Assembly (NCBI GenBank): GCA_965262615.1
Contig: OZ253545.1
Location: forward strand, 672,001-736,000
Direction of reading: 5' to 3'
Source: Alphaproteobacteria bacterium
GTDB taxonomy: Bacteria; Pseudomonadota; Alphaproteobacteria; GM7ARS4; G965262615
DNA: 64,000 bases
Under the pieces are notes generated by a model. The model was not told where the DNA came from and did no database searches. It was given only the letters and a program-made list of their open reading frames with translations. The position numbers were made by a program, and so were the translations under genes. Shown here piece after piece: positions 10,778 through 21,462 of this stretch (position 1 is its first letter; every line of letters starts with the position of its first letter).

Positions 10778-11098
10778 CTAGCTCAGCAGTTGAACGGCAA
10801 GTGCCGCGATGATTGTCCCACAGACGAAAATTGTCTGTGCCCACAACAAACGCCACATTTTGCTTTCTTTCTCGGCGATGAGAGTGTGGGTCTCGGCGAT
10901 GAGGGTGTGTGTCTCGGCGATGAGAGATTTGACATCGGCGATGTCTTCTTTGGTGGCAAAATTGCGCGAGCGTTCATCAAGGCGAGCGATTTGCTCGGAA
11001 AGCACATTAAAGCCATCTTCAAGGGCTTTGATGCGCTCCTCGTGCTGTTGGAAATCTCTTTGACTCAGTTGCGTTTGTCTGTGTCCGTTGGTACTCAT
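10778..11098 (-). CDS. Coiled-coil membrane-anchored protein, CCDC90/DUF1640-like (copy A, 106 aa)
   Basis: FATKEDI neck motif, heptad repeats AETHTLI, C-terminal TM helix; near-identical paralogues at 17743 and 18397; own promoter TTGACA-N17-TAAATT. Confidence 0.8.
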   Translation of the reverse strand: MSTNGHRQTQLSQRDFQQHEERIKALEDGFNVLSEQIARLDERSRNFATKEDIADVKSLIAETHTLIAETHTLIAEKESKMWRLLWAQTIFVCGTIIAALAVQLLS

Positions 11099-11300
11099 GG
11101 GAGTGAAATTTATGGTATGATGGCATGATTGTCAAGAAGGGGCGGGATCTTTAACAATGGACAATCTGTCTGGTTTCTTTCTGAATACAAGACTCTTTTG
11201 TGGAAATAGGCAAGAGCCTCCCACTGGTGACTTCGTTAAGCTCGACAGTTTGAGTGAAGTTATCTTGTCAGCCCATTACTTTTTTTGCTAGTATGACGAT

Positions 11301-11445
11301 GCTCACATTCCGTGGACAGCCCGTGTCGGGTTTTTCGCTGAATACAAAACCAATACGGCGGTGTGTCGTTTGGTGCTCGTCGTGTAGGAAATAGGCGGAA
11401 CACTGTCCTTTCGGAGTGTGAGCAAGCCCGATCTATGTCGGGCTT
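11301..11445 (+). ncRNA. Candidate structured leader or small RNA
   Basis: GCTCACATTCCG/CGGAGTGTGAGC closing stem, GGACAG/CTGTCC inner stem, then AAGCCCGA-N6-TCGGGCTT hairpin; preceded by TTGTCA-N18-TAGTAT. Confidence 0.5.
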
Positions 11446-11472
11446 AGCTCTAAACCTAGAAAGGAGTCAGTC

Positions 11473-11913
11473 ATGACTTATTGTGTTCAATTAGCGCGAC
11501 AGGCAGCTTTGCTGTTGGTCGCTATTTTATTGCTGAGCGGTTGCGCCAGCATTGTGAGTGGGTCAAAGCCCAATTTTGTCTCTCTCACATCGTCTCCCAC
11601 AGGGGCATCTTTTACCATTAACAACCAACAAGGGCGGGTGATTCACACAGGCACAACCCCTGCCTATCTTCCTCTCAAAGCCAGCGATGGATTTTTTGAT
11701 AGGGCAGACTACACCATCACCATGAGCAAAAAAGGCTATGCTGAAAAAACAATAACGCTGTCTGCTTCGCTGGATGGCTGGTATTTGGGTGGTAATCTTC
11801 TTTTGTTTGGCGCGGGCTTGTTGGGCTGGCTCATCATTGACCCCGCCACAGGAGCTATGTGGACGCTGGAAAATGAGACCGTCACTGTCTCCTTGCAACC
11901 CTTGACACCGTGA
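11473..11913 (+). CDS. Lipoprotein with PEGA-like beta domain
   Basis: Lipobox LSGC-ASIVSG, SSPTGA..GTTPA, C-terminal GWLIIDPATGAMW; SD AAGGAG. Confidence 0.82.
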   Translation: MTYCVQLARQAALLLVAILLLSGCASIVSGSKPNFVSLTSSPTGASFTINNQQGRVIHTGTTPAYLPLKASDGFFDRADYTITMSKKGYAEKTITLSASLDGWYLGGNLLLFGAGLLGWLIIDPATGAMWTLENETVTVSLQPLTP

Positions 11914-11994
11914 CGGCGTAACGATGCATCGTGTGATGATGAGGTGGAATGGTCATATGATGGTATCATCCACCTTTTAACAGGAGAACTGATC

Positions 11995-12159
11995 ATGGGT
12001 ATGGAAAAAGCAATCGCCTCATTGGTGATGGGTGTTGTGGGCATTTTGGCTGTCTATGGCATTGATGTCTCGGCGGGCATCGTTCAGACCGTCATTGTGG
12101 TGCTGAGCACGGCGGCGGTGTATGTTGTTCCTAACAGCACAAAGAAAAAAGCCTCCTAA
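11995..12159 (+). CDS. Small 2-TM protein, holin-like (copy 1, 54 aa)
   Basis: MGMEKAIASLVMGVVGILAVYG...TAAVYVVPNSTKKKAS; SD AGGAG. Confidence 0.7.
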   Translation: MGMEKAIASLVMGVVGILAVYGIDVSAGIVQTVIVVLSTAAVYVVPNSTKKKAS

Positions 12160-12238
12160 AAGAAGTTCTTGCTTCTTTGCCGTTGGTGTGACTATCATGG
12201 ACGCTGTCTTTGATGTCACACCAACAGGAGAGTGAGCT

Positions 12239-12415
12239 ATGGATATGATCAAAGGAATGGAAAAAGCCGCCGTTGCCGCAGGCATTGGCTTGGTGGGATT
12301 GCTGATGGAATTTGGCATGATGGTGCCGGATATGATGTTGGATACCGTTGAAGTTATTGCCATCACGGCGGCGGTCTATATGATTCCCAACAGCAAAAAG
12401 AAAAAAACCTCCTAA
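12239..12415 (+). CDS. Small 2-TM protein, holin-like (copy 2, 58 aa; absent from ORF track)
   Basis: Manual translation MDMIKGMEKAAVAAGIGLVGLLMEFG...TAAVYMIPNSKKKKTS; SD AGGAG. Confidence 0.7.
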   Translation: MDMIKGMEKAAVAAGIGLVGLLMEFGMMVPDMMLDTVEVIAITAAVYMIPNSKKKKTS

Positions 12416-12494
12416 AAGAAGTTCTTGCTTTTTTCTCTTTGGTATGATTACCATGGACGCTGTCTTTGATATCACACCAACAGGAGGGTGAGCT

Positions 12495-12662
12495 ATGGAC
12501 ATGATCAAAGGAGTGGAGAAAGCCTTGGTGGCAGGGGCTGTGGGGCTTTTGGCTACCTATGGCGTTGAGGTCTCGGGTGAAACGGAGCAATTGATAACAG
12601 CTCTTGTCAGCGCGGCATTGGTTTACCTCGTTCCCAACAGCAAAAAGAAGAAATCTTCGTAA
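12495..12662 (+). CDS. Small 2-TM protein, holin-like (copy 3, 55 aa; absent from ORF track)
   Basis: Manual translation MDMIKGVEKALVAGAVGLLATYG...SAALVYLVPNSKKKKSS; SD AGGAGG. Confidence 0.7.
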   Translation: MDMIKGVEKALVAGAVGLLATYGVEVSGETEQLITALVSAALVYLVPNSKKKKSS

Positions 12663-12754
12663 AGGCGCGCGAGTCCCACGAAACATCTCACGAGACATCT
12701 CACGAGGTGTCTTGTTTTTTGCGGTAATTTGGGTCATAGTGGGTTATGGAAGAC

Positions 12755-12831
12755 GGGCTAGTAGCTCAGTTGGTTAGAGCGCGCGCTTGATAAGCGTGAG
12801 GTCGGAAGTTCAAGTCTTCCCTGGCCCACCA
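12755..12831 (+). tRNA. tRNA-Ile(GAT)
   Basis: GGGCTAGTAGCTCAGTTGGTTAGAGC..TTGATAA..GTTCAAGTC..CCCACCA. Confidence 0.98.
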
Positions 12832-12853
12832 ATTTGATGATAAGGAGGTCATC

Positions 12854-13591
12854 ATGATGATAGGAAGTTCGAAAGTGACGATGCTTTTTGCCAGCGTGAT
12901 GTCGTTGATGCTGGCGGGATGTGCATCGGTGGCGACTCAGTCTCACATGTCATCCACGGTTTTTTTAGAGCCGGTATCCCCTGAGAAGCGGATTGTTTAT
13001 GTGCGTGTGCGCTCCACTGCCGACCGCAGGGGCATTGATTTGGATGCCGCGATTCGTCGTGGGATTCGTGAGGCGGGGTATCGCATCACGGATGATCCTG
13101 CCAAGGCTCATTTTTTGTTTCAAGCCAATGTCTTGAAAATCGGCGAGTTTGACCCGGACCAGGTGCGCAATTTTCTCGCTCAAGGCCCCACCAGTTTGAC
13201 GGGAACGGCGGCGGGCGTTGTGACGGGTCTGGCGGTGGCGGATGAATTGGGGGATCGCACGGGCGCAACGGCGGGTGCGGTGGCTGCGGGATTGGTTGCC
13301 GCCGCCATCGTTGAGGGCATTGCCAACTTGGTTTATGACGAAAAACTGTATGCCATCATCACCGATGTGGAGCTGGGGCAGAGAATCAAGGGCGGCATTG
13401 CCAGAGAACAGGCAGCCGCGACAAGACAGGGCGATTCGGCTGCTGAGGTGCAATATCGTGAAGGAAAAACCGATTGGTTGAAATTTCGCACACGGGTGGT
13501 AAGCACCGCCCGTGCCGTCAATACCCCTTGGGAAGAGGTGGCGGTGGAATTGCGAGATGGCTTGAGTCAATCCATTGGAGGCATGTTATAA
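12854..13591 (+). CDS. traT: TraT-family complement-resistance/surface-exclusion lipoprotein
   Basis: Lipobox LAGC, MSSTVFLEPV, GYRITDDPAKAHF..QANVL, Gly/Ala zipper, ITDVEL, TRVVSTA, SIGGML; strong SD TAAGGAGGT. Confidence 0.88.
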   Translation: MMIGSSKVTMLFASVMSLMLAGCASVATQSHMSSTVFLEPVSPEKRIVYVRVRSTADRRGIDLDAAIRRGIREAGYRITDDPAKAHFLFQANVLKIGEFDPDQVRNFLAQGPTSLTGTAAGVVTGLAVADELGDRTGATAGAVAAGLVAAAIVEGIANLVYDEKLYAIITDVELGQRIKGGIAREQAAATRQGDSAAEVQYREGKTDWLKFRTRVVSTARAVNTPWEEVAVELRDGLSQSIGGML

Positions 13592-13593
13592 TC

Positions 13594-14016
13594 ATGAGTG
13601 ACATGATGAGCACCACCATTGTGTGGAGCATGGTCAATTGGGGCGGCGTGGCGGTGGCTGTGTTTGCCACTTTTGGCTTGGGCTTTTTGTGGTTTGGTGT
13701 CTGGTGTAGCAAGGCTTGGGCTGAGGACACTGGCATTGACATGAAAAAAGCGGAGCAACGCAGCATGGCTCTGCCCATGTCCCTTGAGGTGATGCAAAAC
13801 ATTGTGCAGGCGGTGTTGGTGGGGGTTGTGCTGTCGGTCTTTTCGTTTGCATCGTCTTTGACAATCATGACGCTGTATGGCGTTGCGGCGTCCTTGGGCA
13901 TTGCCGCGGGCAATTTGTGGCAAATGAAGCCGCTCCGTTTGACTGCCATTGTGGCGGGCGAATTCGTTGTGGCGTTGCTGCTGCGGGTGACCATTATTCG
14001 CCTTGTGGTTTTCTAA
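13594..14016 (+). CDS. DUF1761-like four-TM membrane protein
   Basis: VNW..VAVA..F.LGFLWF....KAW....G pattern and four hydrophobic helices. Confidence 0.65.
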   Translation: MSDMMSTTIVWSMVNWGGVAVAVFATFGLGFLWFGVWCSKAWAEDTGIDMKKAEQRSMALPMSLEVMQNIVQAVLVGVVLSVFSFASSLTIMTLYGVAASLGIAAGNLWQMKPLRLTAIVAGEFVVALLLRVTIIRLVVF

Positions 14017-14037
14017 GCAATCATTTTTTGGCTTTTT

Positions 14038-14110
14038 GGGGGCGTAGCTCAGTTGGGAGAGCGCCTGCTTTGCAAGCAGGAGGTCGTCGGTTCAATCCCG
14101 TCCGCCTCCA
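14038..14110 (+). tRNA. tRNA-Ala(TGC), CCA not encoded
   Basis: GGGGGCGTAGCTCAGTTGGGAGAGC..TTTGCAA..GGTTCAATCC..CCTCCA followed by CAA. Confidence 0.97.
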
Positions 14111-14181
14111 CAATTAGATGGTATGGAACTGGCGATAAAAAAAGTTCTTGTCTCTCTCTTTCTTTTGTTTCATGGCGTGGA

Positions 14182-14210
14182 TTGACTGTGTGCCTTGTCA
14201 TTGCTATAAT
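14182..14210 (+). promoter_or_regulatory. Near-consensus sigma70 promoter for leaderless bor-like mRNA
   Basis: TTGACT-N17-TATAAT, 7 nt before ATG 14218. Confidence 0.75.
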
Positions 14211-14217
14211 CCCCGCC

Positions 14218-14532
14218 ATGACAAACATGACAAAACATCTTTTGCTTATTTTTTGTGGCTTTGTGGTGCTGAGTGGCTGTTCTCGGCAGATGATTGACCT
14301 CACCTCGGTGGGGGATCGCTCTGGCGAGATTCTCAAGGAAAACAGCAGCAGTGATTTTTTTCTTGCGGGCTTTTTGCAGTCTCACACCATTGATGCGGTG
14401 CGTGTGTGTGGCGGCAGAGACAAGGTTGCCTATGTGGCGACGGTGACGGGTTTGCAAGATATATTTTGGTCGTTGATCACATTTGGTTTGTATGCGCCTC
14501 GTTCCTATGAGGTTTATTGCAAAAGATCGTGA
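14218..14532 (+). CDS. bor: Bor/Iss-family lipoprotein
   Basis: LSGC lipobox; FFLAGFLQSHTIDAVRVCGG..KV...LITFGLYAPR..VYC follows the lambda Bor pattern. Confidence 0.88.
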   Translation: MTNMTKHLLLIFCGFVVLSGCSRQMIDLTSVGDRSGEILKENSSSDFFLAGFLQSHTIDAVRVCGGRDKVAYVATVTGLQDIFWSLITFGLYAPRSYEVYCKRS

Positions 14533-14550
14533 TGTCTGGGGAAGCTCCCC

Positions 14551-14579
14551 TTGACAGGGAAGGCAATTGCCTATAGATA
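14551..14579 (+). promoter_or_regulatory. Putative dedicated promoter for 23S rRNA
   Basis: CTTGACA followed 15-17 nt later by TATAGATA, ~250 nt upstream of 23S. Confidence 0.6.
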
Positions 14580-14829
14580 ACATTCACCGTGAGAAGTCAG
14601 TGACAAATGAAGGCGCGCTTGTGTCTTTGTGGTTGGTGACTTTTCTTTTTTCGCGAGACGGGTGTTGTGGCATCTTTTTTGCGAAATGCTGTGAGACATC
14701 GTGAAGAGGCACAATGACGGCGCGAGCGTGATGAATGCTTGTTGCTGATTTGTTGTGCGGCGGATTCCGCATGGTGTGAGACGACATTTTTGATGATTGA
14801 TTCTCGCGCGTGACGGAAGGATTCAAAAG

Positions 14830-17580
<2,751 letters not shown>

Positions 17581-17742
17581 CTTATTCTTTCGCACGCGTG
17601 AGAATCAATCATCTTAACACACCGAAGCCGCCGCCGCCTCTTCACGAATGCCTCTTTACGATCCTCTTGTGATTCATCGTTGTGCGGTCATGACACTGTC
17701 TCGCCTTGACAATCATGGCTTCATGCCATAGATTTCGCACCC

Positions 17743-18216
17743 ATGAGCACCAACGGACACAGACAAACGCACCCAAGTCAAAGCGATTTTCAGCGGCACG
17801 AAGAGCAAATCAAAGCTCTTGAGGAGGGCTTCAATGAGCTCTCCAGTCAAATCGCTCGCCTTGATGAACGCTCACACAATTTTGCCACCAAAGGAGACAT
17901 CGCCGATGTTAGATCTCTCATTGCCGATATCCACGCTCTCATGGCAAAAAACCAAGCAGAAACCCACACTCTTATTGCAAAAAACCAAACCGAAACCCTT
18001 ACCCTCATCGCCGATATCCACGCTCTCATGGCAAAAAACCAAGCAGAAACTCACGCTCTTATTGCAAAAAACCAAACCGAAACCCTTACCCTCATCGCCG
18101 AGACTCACACCCTCATCGCCGAGAAAGAAAGCAAAATGTGGCGTTTGTTGTGGGCACAGACCATTTTCATCTGTGGGTCAATCATCGCGGCACTTGCCGT
18201 TCAGCTGCTGAGCTAG
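17743..18216 (+). CDS. CCDC90/DUF1640-like coiled-coil membrane protein (copy B, 157 aa)
   Basis: FATKGDI, 7- and 11-residue repeats, C-terminal TM. Confidence 0.8.
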   Translation: MSTNGHRQTHPSQSDFQRHEEQIKALEEGFNELSSQIARLDERSHNFATKGDIADVRSLIADIHALMAKNQAETHTLIAKNQTETLTLIADIHALMAKNQAETHALIAKNQTETLTLIAETHTLIAEKESKMWRLLWAQTIFICGSIIAALAVQLLS

Positions 18217-18396
18217 TCATTATGTGCCACCCACACGGCACGCTTCACGCAAACTTGTGACAGGCTAAAAATAATAACTTTGCGGATGACATCATAATAT
18301 GACCATCGCCCCTCATGATGACAGAATTCATCGTTGTGCCGTCATGATACCGTCTCGCCTTGACAATCATGGCTTTATACCATAGATTTCGCACCC

Positions 18397-18837
18397 ATGA
18401 GCACCAACGGACACAGACAAACGCACCCAAGTCAAAGCGATTTTCAGCGGCACGAAGAGCAAATCAGAGCTCTTGAGGAGGGCTTCAATGAGCTCTCCAG
18501 TCAAATCGCTCGCCTTGATGAACGCTCGCACAATTTTGCCACCAAAGGAGACATCGCCGATGTTAAATCTCTCATTGCCGATATCCACGCTCTCATGGCA
18601 AAAAACCAAGCAGAAACCCACACTCTTATTGCAAAAAACCAAACCGAAACCCTTACCCTCATTGCCGAAACCCACGCTCTTATTGCAAAAAACCAAACCG
18701 AAACCCTTACCCTCATCGCCGAGACTCACACCCTCATCGCCGAGAAAGAAAGCAAAATGTGGCGTTTATTGTGGGCACAGACCATTTTCATCTGTGGGTC
18801 AATCATCGCGGCACTTGCCGTTCAGCTGCTGAGCTAG
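18397..18837 (+). CDS. CCDC90/DUF1640-like coiled-coil membrane protein (copy C, 146 aa)
   Basis: As copy B with a stalk 11 aa shorter. Confidence 0.8.
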   Translation: MSTNGHRQTHPSQSDFQRHEEQIRALEEGFNELSSQIARLDERSHNFATKGDIADVKSLIADIHALMAKNQAETHTLIAKNQTETLTLIAETHALIAKNQTETLTLIAETHTLIAEKESKMWRLLWAQTIFICGSIIAALAVQLLS

Positions 18838-18919
18838 TCATTATGTGCCACCCACACGGCACACTTCACGCAAACTTCTGACAGGCAAAAAATAATAACT
18901 TTGTGGATGACATCATAAT

Positions 18920-19720
18920 ATGACCATCGCCCCCCATGATGACAGGATGATGCCTGTCATGAGCAAAATCTCTCGCAATGTGGTGTGCATGAAATGGGGG
19001 ACTCTCTACGACTCTCGCTATGTCAATCATTTGTATCGGGCGGTGCGGCGCAACTTGTCTTTGCCGCATCGTTTTATTTGTTTGACCGATGACGCATCGG
19101 GAATTGATGACGGCGTTGAGTGTTATCCTCTGCCGTCCATGGGCTTGTCGGCGGCGCGCCTCAAGCATGGCGGATTTCAAAAAATTGGCATTTTCAAGCG
19201 CGACCTGCATGACCTGCGAGGGGCGTGTCTTTTTTTGGATCTGGATGTGGTGATTGTGGGCTCATTGGATGATTTTTTCGCCATCAAGCCGCACGAATTG
19301 GTGGCGGTGCAGGAATGGCGCAAAGCGCGTGATTACATTTTATTGTGGCGGAAGCGTGGCGCGAATACATCGGTTTTTGCCTTTCATTGTGGTGAGCAGT
19401 GTCAGATTTATGATGAATTCATGGCGAATCAGGAGGAGAATTTTCGCCGTTTTCGCATTGAGCAGTATGTGGTGACTCATTATGCTCGTCATTTGCGTTA
19501 CTGGGATGGAGCTTGGGTGCGTTCGTTCAAGCGTGATTGCATGCCAACAATATCATGTAGACCGTTGGTGCGCGCTCCTCGTCTGCCTCGTGATGCTCGC
19601 ATTGTGGCGTTTCATGGCGTTCCCAATCCTGCCGAATTGGTGGCGGGCGGGCGATGGGGACGCCATTGGTGGCGCAGAGGATATGGCACGGTGGAGTGGG
19701 TCGCGCAGAACTGGCGATGA
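18920..19720 (+). CDS. Glycosyltransferase (GT-A fold; start may be 18948 or 18959)
   Basis: VCMKWGTLY..YVNHLY, FICLTDD, LFLDLDVVI (DxD), IVAFHG.P.P. Confidence 0.85.
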   Translation: MTIAPHDDRMMPVMSKISRNVVCMKWGTLYDSRYVNHLYRAVRRNLSLPHRFICLTDDASGIDDGVECYPLPSMGLSAARLKHGGFQKIGIFKRDLHDLRGACLFLDLDVVIVGSLDDFFAIKPHELVAVQEWRKARDYILLWRKRGANTSVFAFHCGEQCQIYDEFMANQEENFRRFRIEQYVVTHYARHLRYWDGAWVRSFKRDCMPTISCRPLVRAPRLPRDARIVAFHGVPNPAELVAGGRWGRHWWRRGYGTVEWVAQNWR

Positions 19721-19812
19721 AAAGGCTCTTGCGTTTGTGTGTCTGATGGGTTATGGCTTGTGCCATCATAAGGTTCATTGTGAGCCAAACACGGTTTCAT
19801 GGGAGGTTAATC

Positions 19813-20844
19813 ATGACATCATTCAAAAAAGTAGCTCTCGGAAAAGTAGCTCTCGTTCTTAGTTTTTGTGCGTTGGGTGCTTTGTCGGTTCAGGATGCCG
19901 ATGCCCAGCGGCGCAGTAGGGGCATGACCCAATCAAGCGACACCGATTTTTATGTGGTGGCGCGCGGGTCGTATCCCTTTACCAGCATCACCAGAATTGG
20001 TGGCGCGGGGATTCTTGGTTTTGGCTATCGTGCTGACGAGATTTTTCGCGCTGAGCTGGAATTAATCTATGGTGCGATCACCGCTGAGGTGGAGGAATCC
20101 GGCTCTGGTCCGGTGCGTCCCAATCCATTCGCGGGGGCGAGTCAAACCAATCCCACTTTGATTGATCCGACCATTCCCGTCAATTTTGAAGCCGACAATG
20201 ACAACTTCCTGTTCATGGCAAACTTCTACCTTGATATGCCCTTCTTTCCCAAACAATGGCGCGTGAAGCCCTATGTGGGATTTTCTTTTGGCTATGCTAA
20301 CACCAACACCACGCCCGATTACGGCAATGCCGGTGATGTGGCAGACGCGGCGGTTCCTGTGGCGGCTGGGTTTGAGAGATTGATTAACCCCGCTTCCGCT
20401 AACACGAATCCCTTGAAGGGTGCGGGGCAGACATATCTCACAAATGTCTATAATGCCATACCCGCCGCCCTTAAAACGGCTGCGAGTCTTCCCAATGCTT
20501 TGAATTACACGGTTGGAACAGGTGCGACACAATTCGGTGGACAGGCTCAAAGCTTGGCGCGCGCTCTTGCTTACGCCACCATCGCTCAAGGAATTGTTAA
20601 TGGTGGGAATGCGCCGAATCCCGCTAATAACAATGCACTTGAATTCGTTCCCGGCATCAAACAAAACATTCCTGTGGGTGAGCTGCAGTCATTGGTTGTG
20701 GGTGCTATGGCGGGTTTCACTGTGGATGTGGGACACAATATTTTCGTGGATACCGGCTATCGCTTCATGCGGGCGCAGAAGGAAATCAAAAACTTCCACG
20801 AAATTCGGCTCGGTGTCGGATACAACTTCGCTGTTAACTACTAA
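19813..20844 (+). CDS. Opacity/Msp-like outer-membrane beta-barrel with a large inserted loop
   Basis: SD GGAGGT, signal peptide, FRAELE, FMANFYLD, KPYVGFSFG, DTGYRF, HEIRLGVGYNF. Confidence 0.82.
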   Translation: MTSFKKVALGKVALVLSFCALGALSVQDADAQRRSRGMTQSSDTDFYVVARGSYPFTSITRIGGAGILGFGYRADEIFRAELELIYGAITAEVEESGSGPVRPNPFAGASQTNPTLIDPTIPVNFEADNDNFLFMANFYLDMPFFPKQWRVKPYVGFSFGYANTNTTPDYGNAGDVADAAVPVAAGFERLINPASANTNPLKGAGQTYLTNVYNAIPAALKTAASLPNALNYTVGTGATQFGGQAQSLARALAYATIAQGIVNGGNAPNPANNNALEFVPGIKQNIPVGELQSLVVGAMAGFTVDVGHNIFVDTGYRFMRAQKEIKNFHEIRLGVGYNFAVNY

Positions 20845-20880
20845 GGTGGATGTGATGCCAAAGACATGATGCAAAAGATT

Positions 20881-20921
20881 AAGGGGGAGGCGTTTTCTTT
20901 TTGTCTCTCCCTTTTTCTTTT
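20881..20921 (+). terminator. Putative intrinsic terminator
   Basis: AAGGGGGAGGCG...TGTCTCTCCCTT stem (with GU pairs) followed by a T-rich tract. Confidence 0.65.
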
Positions 20922-21023
20922 GTTTTATCTCTTGTGTCTGTGCTTAAATTATGGCACAGTGCCGTCATCTTGATTCCTCTTGCGAGGAATAAACAACCGA
21001 CAGATTTGTGAAGGAGCAAACTG

Positions 21024-21299
21024 ATGACTTTGTGGAACAACAATAAAATGGTGTTGCTGGCGGCGGGACTGTGTTTGATCATAGCCACACCCTCCCATGC
21101 ACAGCAAAAACAAATGAAAGATGAGTCTGTGGTAGACCAGCTGACCGATACCGTCTCCGAAGTGGCGGATGAAGTCTCCGAAGTGGCGGGGGATGTCGCC
21201 GAGGAAGTTTCTGAAGTGGCGGGTGATGTCGTGGAGGAAGTGTCCGAAGTGGCGGAGGATGTCGCAGAGGAATTGTCCACAATGACTGACGACAAGTGA
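21024..21299 (+). CDS. Small secreted acidic protein with 11-aa repeats
   Basis: SD AAGGAG, signal peptide ending SHA, repeats VSEVA(G/E)DV(A/V)EE. Confidence 0.75.
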   Translation: MTLWNNNKMVLLAAGLCLIIATPSHAQQKQMKDESVVDQLTDTVSEVADEVSEVAGDVAEEVSEVAGDVVEEVSEVAEDVAEELSTMTDDK

Positions 21300-21320
21300 G
21301 CGGCTTGAGGCGGCGTTTGC

Positions 21321-21354
21321 AAAGGGGGAGGCGTTTTGTCTCTCCCTTTTCTTT
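21321..21354 (+). terminator. Putative intrinsic terminator (paralogue of 20881)
   Basis: AAAGGGGGAGGC-GTTTT-GTCTCTCCCTTT then TCTTT. Confidence 0.65.
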
Positions 21355-21462
21355 CGCTTTATCCATTGTATCCCCCTTGTATCCAATGACAAAGTATGGC
21401 ATAATGGTGTCACATGGTTCCTCGTGAGGAACAGACTTGCAGATTTGTGAAGGAGCAGATTG

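Larger units (their letters stand above)
17672..18944 (+). repeat. Tandem duplication of a ~620-650-bp promoter + coiled-coil gene unit
   Basis: 17672-18325 and 18326-~18944 nearly identical including upstream and downstream flanks. Confidence 0.9.

Noticed and set aside
11301-11445. Retron ncRNA or hammerhead ribozyme
   Set aside because: No reverse transcriptase in the window; CTGAATA does not match the CUGANGA hammerhead core
10691-12662. Repeats as a CRISPR array
   Set aside because: Units are either spacerless tandem repeats or whole gene duplications; no cas genes
11940-14532. Prophage or conjugative element suggested by holin-like, Bor and TraT genes
   Set aside because: No integrase, structural, endolysin or tra genes; genes are separated by host tRNAs
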